From contig JAQVBZ010000002.1 in NCBI GenBank assembly GCA_028690055.1, forward strand, positions 29,978-93,977: a DNA stretch of 64,000 bases, written 5' to 3'. Shown one piece after another: positions 1-9,819 of the stretch. Made by a program: the position numbers and the translations under genes. Source of the DNA: Minisyncoccota bacterium. GTDB taxonomy: Bacteria; Patescibacteriota; Minisyncoccia; JAHIHE01; JAGLIN01. Under the pieces are notes generated by a model. It was not told the DNA's origin and made no database searches. It saw nothing but the letters and a program-made list of their open reading frames with translations. Positions within the stretch are counted from its first letter, which is position 1. The number at the start of each line of letters is the position of its first letter.

Positions 1-834
1 CTGAAAATCGGACTTATTGTTTGCTCTGTTCTTATCTTCATTTTCGGTTTTTGGGATGATATCAAAGAACTTTCTTGGAAAAAACAGATGGTATTCCAAG
101 TCATCATCGCGCTTATAATGATTTATGCGGGCTTAAGCGTGGATTATATCGCCAACCCTTTCGGGGGGAGGGAATTCCGGTTGGACAGTTTCTCTTTTAT
201 GGACTTTTCGGTTTTAGGCTCTCTCTTTGTAATCTTGTGGATCGTTGGTTTTATGAATGTGGTCAACTGGTTGGACGGGATGGATGGATTGGCGGGAGGC
301 GTAGGAGCAATCGGTGCGTTCACGATTTTTCTTTTAAGCACAAGCGATTTGGTAAATCAGCCTCCACTCGCTGTGATGGCTATCGCGCTAGTCGGTGCGC
401 TTCTGGGTTTTTTGTTTTTCAATTTTCATCCCGCTAAGATCTTTATGGGATCAAGCGGTGCGCTCTTTCTCGGTTTTATACTTGCGGTGCTAGCGATATT
501 TTCCGGTGGCAAAATTGCTACGGTATTTCTCGTGATGGGCTTTCCGATTCTGGACGCTTGTTGGGTAATATACAAGAGATTGCGCGCGGGAAAGTCGCCG
601 TTTCTGGGTGACCGCGGCCATTTTCATTATCAGCTTCTGGAACAAGGCTGGTCGGACAGAGAAGCTGTTTTATTTATATACTTCCTCTCCGCCGTTTTCG
701 GACTGTCGGCGCTGGCGTTCCAAGGGATTTATAAGTTCGTTGCCATCGTTGTTTTGTTCATAACCGTTCCGGTCTTGATAACGAGGGTGAAGTATGGCAA
801 AATCCATTCCCGCAAAATAGACAAAAGCAGATAA
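1..834 (+). CDS. MraY/WecA(TagO)-family glycosyltransferase 4, 5'-truncated by window edge
   Basis: Frame 1 open from base 1; motifs FWDD, NWLDGMDGLAGG, FNFHPAKIFMG, DRGHFH; many TM segments. Confidence 0.9.
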   Translation: MKIGLIVCSVLIFIFGFWDDIKELSWKKQMVFQVIIALIMIYAGLSVDYIANPFGGREFRLDSFSFMDFSVLGSLFVILWIVGFMNVVNWLDGMDGLAGGVGAIGAFTIFLLSTSDLVNQPPLAVMAIALVGALLGFLFFNFHPAKIFMGSSGALFLGFILAVLAIFSGGKIATVFLVMGFPILDACWVIYKRLRAGKSPFLGDRGHFHYQLLEQGWSDREAVLFIYFLSAVFGLSALAFQGIYKFVAIVVLFITVPVLITRVKYGKIHSRKIDKSR

Positions 835-909
835 AAATAGAGTGGATGAGATGAGAAAATTTGCACAAGTCGTATTTTCGTGGTAGTTTCGGTAGAAAGG
901 ACTGGTATT

Positions 910-1278
910 ATGAAAAATGGTAAAGAAGCAGAAGTCTTTGTAAAAATTCTAAAAGAAAACATTCCAAGTGTCATGAAAAACTTTTCGGGAATGCTGGAAA
1001 TGCTTTCGGAAGAGTTTACGGACAAAAATGGTCCGATATCTCCAGAAGATATAGAATGTATAAAGGAGGAACTGTCAAAAGGCCTAGGCGATTTTCAATC
1101 TCTTTTTGAAAAAGAAAATACCGTAGTTTGGGACGAGTGGGAAAAATTGGAGTTTATTTTCGCTATCCGGATGTGGGAAGCGAAAAGAAGCGGGTGGGAT
1201 AAGCTCTTGCAGTTTTCCAATCTTTTCTTTGATGAATGTTTTGATCTTTATTATTGCGGTGGGATCGGTTCGAGATAG
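910..1278 (+). CDS. hypothetical protein
   Basis: ORF (ATG at 910; track start GTG 880) followed by hairpin+T run; no recognisable motif. Confidence 0.55.
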   Translation: MKNGKEAEVFVKILKENIPSVMKNFSGMLEMLSEEFTDKNGPISPEDIECIKEELSKGLGDFQSLFEKENTVVWDEWEKLEFIFAIRMWEAKRSGWDKLLQFSNLFFDECFDLYYCGGIGSR

Positions 1279-1289
1279 AATCAAATTAC

Positions 1290-1322
1290 AGAACCTCTTT
1301 TAAGAAGGTTCTTCTTTTTTTG
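1290..1322 (+). terminator. intrinsic terminator
   Basis: AGAACC...GGTTCT stem followed by T-run. Confidence 0.55.
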
Positions 1323-1437
1323 TATAATAAAAGAACCTTTAGTCGGGTAAAAAGGTCTTTATAAAGTTTTAGAGCAGCTTATTTGAACCTCTCCGGGTTT
1401 TTTATGTTTTTAGATTTATTTTTATTCCCGCTAATGT

Positions 1438-1566
1438 TTATTTTGCCTGCGCCTCCATAGCCAGTTCAAATTTATACCCGGAGTTAAGGCTATCTCCGGG
1501 ATATAGCGGGACCCAGATTTCATTGTTTTTTTCTAAGAGCGCGATAATTTTTTGTATCGCGTACAT
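1438..1566 (-). CDS. putative leaderless 42-aa small protein
   Basis: MYAIQKIIALLEKNNEIWVPLYPGDSLNSGYKFELAMEAQAK; TTGACG-17-TATCCT promoter ends 7 nt before ATG. Confidence 0.3.
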   Translation of the reverse strand: MYAIQKIIALLEKNNEIWVPLYPGDSLNSGYKFELAMEAQAK

Positions 1567-1694
1567 CTTGACTAGGATATAATAAACCGTAAGGGGCGTC
1601 AATTATCCCGCTATTTCTTTTGACATTATTTAAAAATTAGTTATAATAGCGAACATGTTAATCATGTGTCAAAAAAGAAAAATGGAGAGAGACA

Positions 1695-2048
1695 TTGAAT
1701 CATAAAGGATTGGATTATAAAAGGCGATTTGAGGTAGTAGCAGTCGGCGCAGACGGAGGAGAAAAAATAGTACTGATTTTTCCGTCTGAAGAGGCAGTAA
1801 AAGAATATTTCATGTATAGGCAATATTCTTCGTCCAATCTATCGTTGGCAATCAAGCTTAGCGTGAAGGCCTGCGCAAAAAGAATTTTCAAGAGATATGG
1901 AAGAGAGCGTGCGAAGAAAATCTGTCTAAGTATGACGAAGGTTATGGAGGAAACCTGTAAACAAATTAGAGAGAACGAAGTTTACAAAATAACATCGGTT
2001 GAAGGATTTCGTAGTTGTGCTATGGATGATTGTTCGGTCGATATATGA
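1695..2048 (+). CDS. hypothetical protein
   Basis: ORF with upstream TTGACA...TATAAT (about 1620-1647), GGAGA RBS, downstream hairpin about 2090-2118. Confidence 0.55.
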   Translation: MNHKGLDYKRRFEVVAVGADGGEKIVLIFPSEEAVKEYFMYRQYSSSNLSLAIKLSVKACAKRIFKRYGRERAKKICLSMTKVMEETCKQIRENEVYKITSVEGFRSCAMDDCSVDI

Positions 2049-2373
2049 AATTTACCGTATTCAGTAAAAAATATCGGTGATTCGCCAAAGCTGTAACCAA
2101 AATAGGATTACAGTTTTTTATTTTTGAAATGGCCTTTGACTGGGGGTATCGTGAGGTAGCAACAGTCGATAGGTATACATCCGAATCTATCGGTTTGCAA
2201 ATAAAACTTTGCGTTTAAACCTCTAGGCTTTGTGATTGTCCCGCTAAAATCTTCCCTGATGTCGAGATTTTTTCTTGAGAGGTTTTTTTAGCACTCTTGA
2301 CAAAAATCTAATAATAATATATAATGTCCAGTCAAATATATAAACAAAAATCAAAAAGAAAAGGAGACATTAC

Positions 2374-2838
2374 ATGGCAGTTATAAACCCGTTTGAACGA
2401 GAAATGCTAGAAAAAGAAACTCAGGTGGAGATAGCAGGCGGAATGAAATTTACTCTGACATTTTACGAAGAAGTTGGGCCTCTTAATTCCGGAGATCCTG
2501 GCTATGATCGTTATTGGACCGAAACACTTGGGGAGCCGCACCTTATGAAGATGCGGCTAACGAGCAAGACGTTTCTTTTTGAGAGGACCTTGGAGATGAG
2601 TTTTCAATACTGCAATTTTCCGGATAAGGAGATTAATGGGTGTATTAAGTACAGCTATAGTAAAATCTTACTCGGACGGAAACGTAAAGAATTTTCCGGT
2701 CAGACATATCGCAGAGTAAAAAACAGGAAGAATCTGTCGAACATATCCAGGGAGACTGTAGTTTTAGTTGTCAGAGAGGAATTAAATGAGAACGCCTGGG
2801 CAGAAAAACTCAGTAGAATCTGGAACATTGAAAATTAA
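2374..2838 (+). CDS. hypothetical protein
   Basis: ORF with TTGACA-17-TATAAT promoter (about 2298-2326) and AAGGAG RBS. Confidence 0.65.
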   Translation: MAVINPFEREMLEKETQVEIAGGMKFTLTFYEEVGPLNSGDPGYDRYWTETLGEPHLMKMRLTSKTFLFERTLEMSFQYCNFPDKEINGCIKYSYSKILLGRKRKEFSGQTYRRVKNRKNLSNISRETVVLVVREELNENAWAEKLSRIWNIEN

Positions 2839-2868
2839 ACAAAAAATCAGATTAGGAGGATATATCGA

Positions 2869-3736
2869 ATGGTTATGATAACGCCGGAAACAGCAAATAC
2901 GATCATGTCTATTATGGCTGCTTTCGCAGCCGGGAGCGCGATTGCCGGGCTGTGTTCGTTATATTGCAGCTACATATTCAGTGCCGACGAAGAATTGTGC
3001 TGTAATATTGCATCTACCCTGTTGGTGACGGCGAGTGTTGCTTTCTGTTCAACTTGGAGGAATACTTCGGAACCTTGATTGATTCTTATATCGACCAAGC
3101 CAGTACACCGGAAAAGAAAGCGTCTCGTATTCTTTCAAAACAATTATGCAACTCTTTATATCAATTTCATTTTCACGGCCGTAACGTTGTGCAAATGAAG
3201 AAAGAGGTCATAGGCGCGATGTCCATGCTTTTGATAGAGGAGGTTGCTAAGGAAAAAGATTCAGGAGAAAAGGCGGTACCAAGAAGGAACTTAGGGTTTG
3301 TTCTAGCAATTTTTTTTTCTGCGGATCAAATTTATAATAATCAAGAAGGTGAATAATTCTGATCGAAAAGAACGATGCAGCTCTTAGGAGGTTCGTAGAA
3401 GAAAGCTCTGATGTTCTTACACGAGCACGACTTGTCGTACAGGCCATATTTTTTGGAAGGATTGACGGGGAAATGGAACTGACAACAAAACGGGAGAAAA
3501 TTGATGTTCTAAAACTTTCAAAAAATATTTTTTTGAAGGCACGGACTCAGGAAAGCGGATTCTTTGATAAAAATATGGAAGAATTGAGGGAAGAACTTAC
3601 AAGGTCCATGTTCAGCGGTATAAATCGTGCTATCCAAGAGGAAGTGTCCCATGAAAAGAAGGAAATATTGCGCAAACATCTGCGGTTGGCAGGTGCGCTC
3701 TTCTTAAGTCCTTTAGGAGATAAAGTATTTGCCTGA
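2869..3736 (+). pseudogene. probable fragmented gene (ORFs 2869-3078, 3054-3356, 3353/3473-3736) with internal duplication
   Basis: Strong AGGAGG RBS only at first piece; pieces overlap in shifted frames; pieces 2 and 3 resemble each other. Confidence 0.4.
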
Positions 3737-3924
3737 TGAAGAATTTGATCGAAGGGAGGTGTTAACCATGTATAATATTTAAATTTCAACTGCAAAATAG
3801 CAGTATTTAAGGAACTAACAATGTTGGTTCCTCTTTTATTGACACAAATAACCTTTTCTGATAACATAGCTTTGTTATCTAAAACTCCGTAAAACACTTA
3901 AAATAAATTAAATTTAAGACATAT

Positions 3925-4242
3925 ATGATCGCAGTCATCAAAACCGGCGGAAAGCAGTATAAGATTTCCCCCAAAGACAAGCTAAGAATCGAGAAATTAG
4001 AAGGAGAAGAGGGAGCTACAATCACTTTTGAAGAAGTTTTGCTCATTGCTTCCGAGGACGGTAAGGAGACTATTATCGGCGAGCCTTTTGTAAAAGGCGC
4101 CAAAGTCGAGGCTACTATCGTGAAACAAGGCAGGGCCAAGAAGATCGATATCGTGAAGCACATTCCGAAAAAACGTCACAACGTGAAGAACGGACACAGA
4201 CAGATGTTTACCGAAGTGCAGATTGAGAGCATTGTGAAGTAA
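3925..4242 (+). CDS. rplU: 50S ribosomal protein L21
   Basis: MIAVIKTGGKQYK...GHRQMFTEVQI signature. Confidence 0.97.
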   Translation: MIAVIKTGGKQYKISPKDKLRIEKLEGEEGATITFEEVLLIASEDGKETIIGEPFVKGAKVEATIVKQGRAKKIDIVKHIPKKRHNVKNGHRQMFTEVQIESIVK

Positions 4243-4300
4243 GTTTGTGAGAATAATAAAAAGGACTCGTAAGGAGTTCTTTTTTTGTTGTGCTTAATTG

Positions 4301-4384
4301 GGAGTAGCGGGATTCATCCCGCGCGCATTTCGGAAACGTAATGTCCCGGTTCGGACAGCTGCGCAGACTAAAGTCTGTTACTCC
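4301..4384. repeat. GTAG-type REP doublet (REPIN-like), hairpin variants A+C
   Basis: GGAGTAGCGGGATTCATCCCGCGCG ... GCGCAGACTAAAGTCTGTTACTCC. Confidence 0.8.
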
Positions 4385-4413
4385 ATGACACAATGCGCAT
4401 CCGAATGACGGGT

Positions 4414-5013
4414 TCATTCAAACTCTTTTCTCTCCTCCAACGCATGCGATACTGTCATTTCATCGGCGTATTCGAGGTCTGAGCCGGTGGAGAGGCCACG
4501 GGCCAGGTGGGTGATTTTGAGGTTGAATTCTTTGAGGCGTTTCACGAGATACATCGCCGTGGTTTCTCCTTCGATGTTGGGGTTGGTGGCTATGATTATT
4601 TCTTTGACTTCGCTTTTTTTGATTCTTTCGATCAATTGTTCGATATTCAATTTCTCCGGACCGGAGCCTTCGTGGGGCCTGATGGTGCCGCCTAGGACAT
4701 GGTAGAGGCCGTGGAATTTTTTGGTATTCTCGATGACCGGAATATTGATCGCTTCCTCGACAATGCAAATGATGGAACGGTCGCGCTTGGGATTGGAGCA
4801 GAATTCACACAAGTCCATTTCGGAGACATTGAAACAATTTTTGCAGATTTTGGTCTCACGTTTGAGCTCGAGTATGGCATCGGACAAGAGCTGTACTTCG
4901 GATTCGGATTTTCGGAGTAGATAAAAAGCGTAGCGGGTAGCGGTGCGGGGACCTACGCCCGGGAGCTTGGAAAATTCTTGGACGAGATTTTTTAGCGATT
5001 TCGGCTGTGACAT
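4414..5013 (-). CDS. recR: recombination mediator RecR
   Basis: LPGVGPRTA HhH, CxxC..CxxC zinc finger, Toprim EGETTA, LEYAD. Confidence 0.97.
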   Translation of the reverse strand: MSQPKSLKNLVQEFSKLPGVGPRTATRYAFYLLRKSESEVQLLSDAILELKRETKICKNCFNVSEMDLCEFCSNPKRDRSIICIVEEAINIPVIENTKKFHGLYHVLGGTIRPHEGSGPEKLNIEQLIERIKKSEVKEIIIATNPNIEGETTAMYLVKRLKEFNLKITHLARGLSTGSDLEYADEMTVSHALEERKEFE

Positions 5014-5120
5014 AAAACTATAGATAATTGTTTCTGTATTTTATAGAGATGCGTTGCACGCGTCTCGGATTTCAGGGTAAAATGTCATTGAAAATCAATA
5101 AGGTTAATTTTACCGATTCT

Positions 5121-5158
5121 TCTCCCTCGCACTGATCCTCTCCCGATGGGAGAGGGGA
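5121..5158. repeat. CCCTCTCCC-type palindromic repeat
   Basis: CCTCTCCCGATGGGAGAGG hairpin; related copies near 10920/11100, 12950, 33245, 40325, 40470, 50325, 62325. Confidence 0.65.
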
Positions 5159-5201
5159 AGAGACTTTTTTGGTGCATAGTAATCTAGGTTTATATGAACT
5201 C

Positions 5202-6599
5202 TTATTGCTCGCTGTGCTGTACATCCATATCTACGAAGCTGGTGTATTCTTGTTTGAAGTAAAGCTGTATTTCTCCGATTGGTCCGTTGCGGTGTTTGGC
5301 GATAATGATGTCGGCGATGCCGGTTTTTTCTTCGCTTCGTTTGGCGCGGTCTTCACGGTAAATGAACATTACTACGTCCGCATCTTGTTCGATGGATCCA
5401 CTTTCTCGCAGGTCGGAGAGTTTCGGTTTCTGGTCATCGCGTGATTCGACTCCACGCGAAAGCTGGGAGAGGGCGATAATAGGGATACGCAGCTCTCTCG
5501 CCAGTCCTTTGAGGGAACGGGAAATCTCACTGACCACCTGTACGCGGTTTTCGATATTGGCGCGGCCTTCGATGAGCTGGAGGTAATCGATGACAAGAAG
5601 GCCTAACCCGTGTTCGGCTTGAAGACGTCGTGCCATAGTGCGCATTTCCATCACATTCAGCCCTGCGGTATCATCAATGAAGAGAGGCGCTTCGGAGAGG
5701 GTTCCGATGGCGTGGCCGATGCGCGAGAAATCGTCATTTTCTCCATTAGAGGAGAGGTTGCCGGTGCGCATCTTCCAGAGATCGACGTGCGCTTGAGAAC
5801 AGATAAGTCTGTCGATGACTTCACTTTTGGACATTTCCAGAGAGAAGATGCCGACTGGAACTTTATGTTTGACGGCAGCCTGACGGGCGATGTCCATTGC
5901 GAACGATGATTTACCCATACTAGGGCGCGCACCTAAGATAACAAGGTTGGATTCTTGCAATCCCGACAGTAGACTATCCAGATCCCGAAAACCTGTCGGT
6001 ACACCGCGTAGTTGGCCTTTGTTTTTACTGAGATCGTCAATGCGTTCGAAAGCTTCCTCCAACATCGGTTTGACGGCGGTGAAGTCTTGGCGGATATGCT
6101 TCTGGGAAACGGAGAATATTTTTTGCTCTGCCAGGTCAAGTACTTCGTCCACTTCATTCTTCTCATCGTAAGCATTGCCGATGATTTGTGAGGCGCTGTC
6201 GATTAGCTTACGCAATATCGCTTTTTTCTCCACAATCTTGGCGTAATGAACGATGTTGGCGGCGGTAGGTACGGTATTGGCAAGTGATGCCAGATAGCTA
6301 TGGCCGCCGATCCTTTCCAAATGGTCGGTTTCCTTGAGTCGATTGGAGAGGCTGAGGAGGTCGATCGGCTCGTGCTTTTCGTAAAGGTATAGCATAGCCT
6401 CGAAAATCTTATTGTGAGAGTCTTTGTAGAAATCTTCCGGTGTGATGAAATCGGCGATTTTGATGACGGCATTTTTGTCAATCATAAGCGATCCCAACAC
6501 TGATTGTTCCGCTTCCACGTTTTGCGGTGGCATCCGGTCGGTACTGTTGAATTCAGTCTTGAATTCGGTTTTAGGCTCAGTTTTCTTTTTCTTCTCCAT
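5202..6599 (-). CDS. dnaB: replicative DNA helicase DnaB
   Basis: PPQNVEAEQSVLG, GARPSMGKS Walker A, DYLQL, LSQLSR, DLRESGSIEQDAD. Confidence 0.98.
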   Translation of the reverse strand: MEKKKKTEPKTEFKTEFNSTDRMPPQNVEAEQSVLGSLMIDKNAVIKIADFITPEDFYKDSHNKIFEAMLYLYEKHEPIDLLSLSNRLKETDHLERIGGHSYLASLANTVPTAANIVHYAKIVEKKAILRKLIDSASQIIGNAYDEKNEVDEVLDLAEQKIFSVSQKHIRQDFTAVKPMLEEAFERIDDLSKNKGQLRGVPTGFRDLDSLLSGLQESNLVILGARPSMGKSSFAMDIARQAAVKHKVPVGIFSLEMSKSEVIDRLICSQAHVDLWKMRTGNLSSNGENDDFSRIGHAIGTLSEAPLFIDDTAGLNVMEMRTMARRLQAEHGLGLLVIDYLQLIEGRANIENRVQVVSEISRSLKGLARELRIPIIALSQLSRGVESRDDQKPKLSDLRESGSIEQDADVVMFIYREDRAKRSEEKTGIADIIIAKHRNGPIGEIQLYFKQEYTSFVDMDVQHSEQ

Positions 6600-6709
6600 A
6601 TTTGATTTTCGTTAAATTACGTATGAAAGAAGTATAACATCGAAAGGTTTTTGGCAAAAGGGGACAGCTTGTGGATGAGATTTGCTGTGTATCTCGATAT
6701 TTTGTATCG

Positions 6710-7333
6710 TGTCATTCCGGAATTTTGATACTGCAAAATATCCGGAATCCCCGTGCCAAGCCGATAAAATGTTATAATTTTCGGGTAATCTGTGATAGGA
6801 TAAAAATATAATTATTTTTTATGATCTTATGTATGAAGTTCCGCCTAGTTTTGAAAAAAAACCGGAGCATATTCCAACTTTGGAAGAGATAAAATGGGTA
6901 TTGGAAGAATTAATGAAAGGAGAAAATTACAGTGAAGTCCGTTGCCTTAAAGATTCAGAGGGTATATATCTATTTGAAGTTAAAACTCGTGATAAATTAA
7001 CTGGTGAAATATTAGTACATAGCTATACAAGAAAAGGGCATCGCGAGAACTTCCCTAAGAGTTCTGAAACGGGGGTAGATATAGTCTATTACAAAGATGA
7101 AGATGCTTACAAAAAAGAGGATGTTGAATACGCAGAAGTTTTGGCAAAATATGTTGATGAAAATTGGGAGCTTCAAGCTAATGGAAATTGGGAAGATCTT
7201 TAAAAAAAGACATATTTTTATTTTTAAAAAATCCAGTCAGTTCGTTTCATTCGTAATATTCTGATATTATAAAGATACAAGGCATAATTACGGGATTCCG
7301 GATATTTCGCAGTAGCGAAATTTCGGAATGACA
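6710..7333. mobile_element. ORF bracketed by inverted ~42-bp TGTCAT-family repeats
   Basis: 6710-6751 TGTCATTCCGGAATTTTG...ATATCCGGAATCCC and 7292-7333 GGGATTCCGGATATTTCG...TTTCGGAATGACA are near reverse complements. Confidence 0.5.
6829..7203 (+). CDS. hypothetical acidic protein
   Basis: 124-aa ORF, AT-rich, opposite strand to both neighbours. Confidence 0.75.
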   Translation: MYEVPPSFEKKPEHIPTLEEIKWVLEELMKGENYSEVRCLKDSEGIYLFEVKTRDKLTGEILVHSYTRKGHRENFPKSSETGVDIVYYKDEDAYKKEDVEYAEVLAKYVDENWELQANGNWEDL

Positions 7334-7341
7334 GATGAAAT

Positions 7342-7449
7342 GGAGTAGCAGGTTTCAACCTGCGCTGTTATCACATACAGGAACAATAAAACGTATATGT
7401 CGCATTTCTTCGGTTTGTTACAACCGCGCGGGATGAATCCCGCTACTCC
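7342..7449. repeat. GTAG-type REP doublet, variants B+A
   Basis: GGAGTAGCAGGTTTCAACCTGCGC ... CGCGCGGGATGAATCCCGCTACTCC. Confidence 0.8.
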
Positions 7450-7548
7450 GCGAAGTATGTAATGTTTGGTCCGCGTAAATAGGGCACAAAATATTGTGTC
7501 CTTACGAATTGCAGCAGTATCGGGATAAAAAAATAGGCTCTTGCGAGC

Positions 7549-9003
7549 CTATTTTATTTTGGTGATTTCAATTCCCTCCGGAGTATCTTTCGTTTCATAA
7601 CCCTTTTCTTTGAGTTCGTCACGGATACGGTCGGAGGTTAAAAAGTCTTTGGCGATGCGGGCTATTTCTCTTTCCTGAATAAGATTTAATATATATGCGG
7701 AGATGATGCTGCCGGTAGAATTCCGTATTGTAATGGTGCGATTTTCAGGGGAGGCAATGTTGATTGTCAGTGTTTCGGTCTCTATAGTGGAAACATTTGC
7801 CAGCCCGAGTCCCAAGACTTCGTCGAATTTGAGAAGGGTTACTTTTTTATCGATATCAGAAATTTCTTTGTTCTTTAGCAGTTCCCATACTAGGGCGATG
7901 GCGCGCGGTGTATCGAGGTTATCTTCTAGCGCAGCTTGGAATTTTTTTGCGTATTCGTCAAGCACTTTGCCTTCTTCCTGGTCGTCGATGGAGCTGATAA
8001 AATTGAATAATTTTTCCAAAGCATTTTCGCTGTCTTGTAAACTCTGCTCAGTGAAGTTCATCTGAGTTTGGAAATGGGCGGTTAGGCAGAGATAGCGGTA
8101 GGCGAGAGGATTAAAACCCTTGTTCTCGATATCCTTGAGGGTATAGAAATTGCCTTTGGATTTGGACATCTTTTCGCCGTTGACCAGTAGGAATCGGGCG
8201 TGCACCCAATAATTCACGAATTTCTTGCCAGTCGCACCTTCGCTCTGCGCTATTTCGTTTTCGTGGTGAGGGAAGATGTTATCTTCTCCGCCGGTATGGA
8301 TATCCAGCGTCTCGCCCAAGTTGGAGATACTCATTGCCGAACATTCGATGTGCCAGCCGGGATAACCCACGCCCCATGGGGATTCCCATTTCATCAGGTG
8401 CTCCTCTCCGGCTTTGAGCCAGAGTGCGAGGTCGTAAGGATTCTTCTTGTCGGGGTTGGCTTCGAGGCGCGCGCCGATTTTGAGATTTTCCAGAGCGTTG
8501 CCGGAAAGCTTGCCGTAGCCCTCGAATTTATCAATGTCATAGTAGACCGAGCCGTTCGATTCATAAGCGTATCCTTTTTCGAATAGTCTTTGGATGAGTT
8601 CAATCATCTGCGATATATATTCTGTGGCGCGAGTGAATTTGTTCGCAGGTAGGATGTGGAGCTTAGCCTCGTCCTCATGAAAAGCTTCTTCGTAAAATTT
8701 GGCGATGTCATAAGGATTTTTATTTTCCCGCTTGGCGGCTTTGAGCATCTTGTCTTCGCCGGCATCGATGTCGTCCTGCGTCAGGTGTCCGACATCTGTG
8801 ATGTTTTTGATATGTTTGACATTATAGCCTGAAAAAAGCAGGGTGCGGCGCAAAAAGTCCGCCATCATAAACGTGCGCAAGTTGCCGATGTGCACGTAAT
8901 CGTAGACGGTAGGACCGCAACTGTACATCGTTACCTCGTTGCCATCTATAGGTTTGAGTTCCTCGATTTGTTTGGAGAGAGTGTTGTATATTCTAAGGGT
9001 CAT
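7549..9003 (-). CDS. cysS: cysteine--tRNA ligase
   Basis: [32 protein letters not shown]. Confidence 0.98.
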   Translation of the reverse strand: MTLRIYNTLSKQIEELKPIDGNEVTMYSCGPTVYDYVHIGNLRTFMMADFLRRTLLFSGYNVKHIKNITDVGHLTQDDIDAGEDKMLKAAKRENKNPYDIAKFYEEAFHEDEAKLHILPANKFTRATEYISQMIELIQRLFEKGYAYESNGSVYYDIDKFEGYGKLSGNALENLKIGARLEANPDKKNPYDLALWLKAGEEHLMKWESPWGVGYPGWHIECSAMSISNLGETLDIHTGGEDNIFPHHENEIAQSEGATGKKFVNYWVHARFLLVNGEKMSKSKGNFYTLKDIENKGFNPLAYRYLCLTAHFQTQMNFTEQSLQDSENALEKLFNFISSIDDQEEGKVLDEYAKKFQAALEDNLDTPRAIALVWELLKNKEISDIDKKVTLLKFDEVLGLGLANVSTIETETLTINIASPENRTITIRNSTGSIISAYILNLIQEREIARIAKDFLTSDRIRDELKEKGYETKDTPEGIEITKIK

Positions 9004-9819
9004 ATTTTTTGCTACGGATTAACTCTATAAATTATCGCATACTTGATTTTTTTGGCAAATAAAAACGGCCCTAAAGCCGGAAAAACGATAATATGACAAT
9101 TGTTGCCAATAAAAAAAGGCGCTAAAGCTGGTTGGTATGAGGAATTATGTGCGAGTAGGAAGCTCCCTGTTTTTTAAGTTGTTCCGTTTTTTTGTAATCC
9201 AACTTAGAAAAGCTTCCTAATAGGCAAGCTTCGGTCTATCGGAAAAAAGAATCATTGTAAAGGGTCCGTAATTAGCGGATTTTAAGTCGAAAAAATATGT
9301 CTTTTCGGGCGATGGCGCTTCGATAGGTCTTTTTATGAAATTATGAAAAAACAAAGTCTTATTGACTTTGTGTTTTGTTTGATTTTTTTTAGGGGGCAGT
9401 AAGGAAGAATTTGATAATAGAATAATAGAAAAGGTTTTTTCAAATTCTTCCTTACTGCAAAGGGTTTCCGTTCCAGGACGTTGGGGGTGTATCCGTGGAA
9501 AGCGGATATTCAGATAAGATCTTTTATTTTTGTCTTATCTCTTATTCTTTCTTTTCCAGAACTCTAGTATCGTAGCACATAAAAAATAAATCGTAAAGGG
9601 GTGTGAGATAAAATAAAACAGCCTTCCTTCAGTGAAAGCGTTTTTGTGGGAAGGGGGGGGGCAGTCTCGTGGCATATTTTTGGTATTGCAAACTTGAATA
9701 TCATGTTAAGGATTCCTCGCTCCTTTCCCCGGGTCTCATTTGTTATGACCTGCATTGAGTCTAGCCTAAGTCTTTTTTACCAAGGAAAGCAGATGCTTCG
9801 GAGTGACGCTTTCCAAAGA

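Noticed and set aside
2288-2297. TTAGCACTC CIRCE half-site
   Set aside because: No matching right arm at 9-bp spacing
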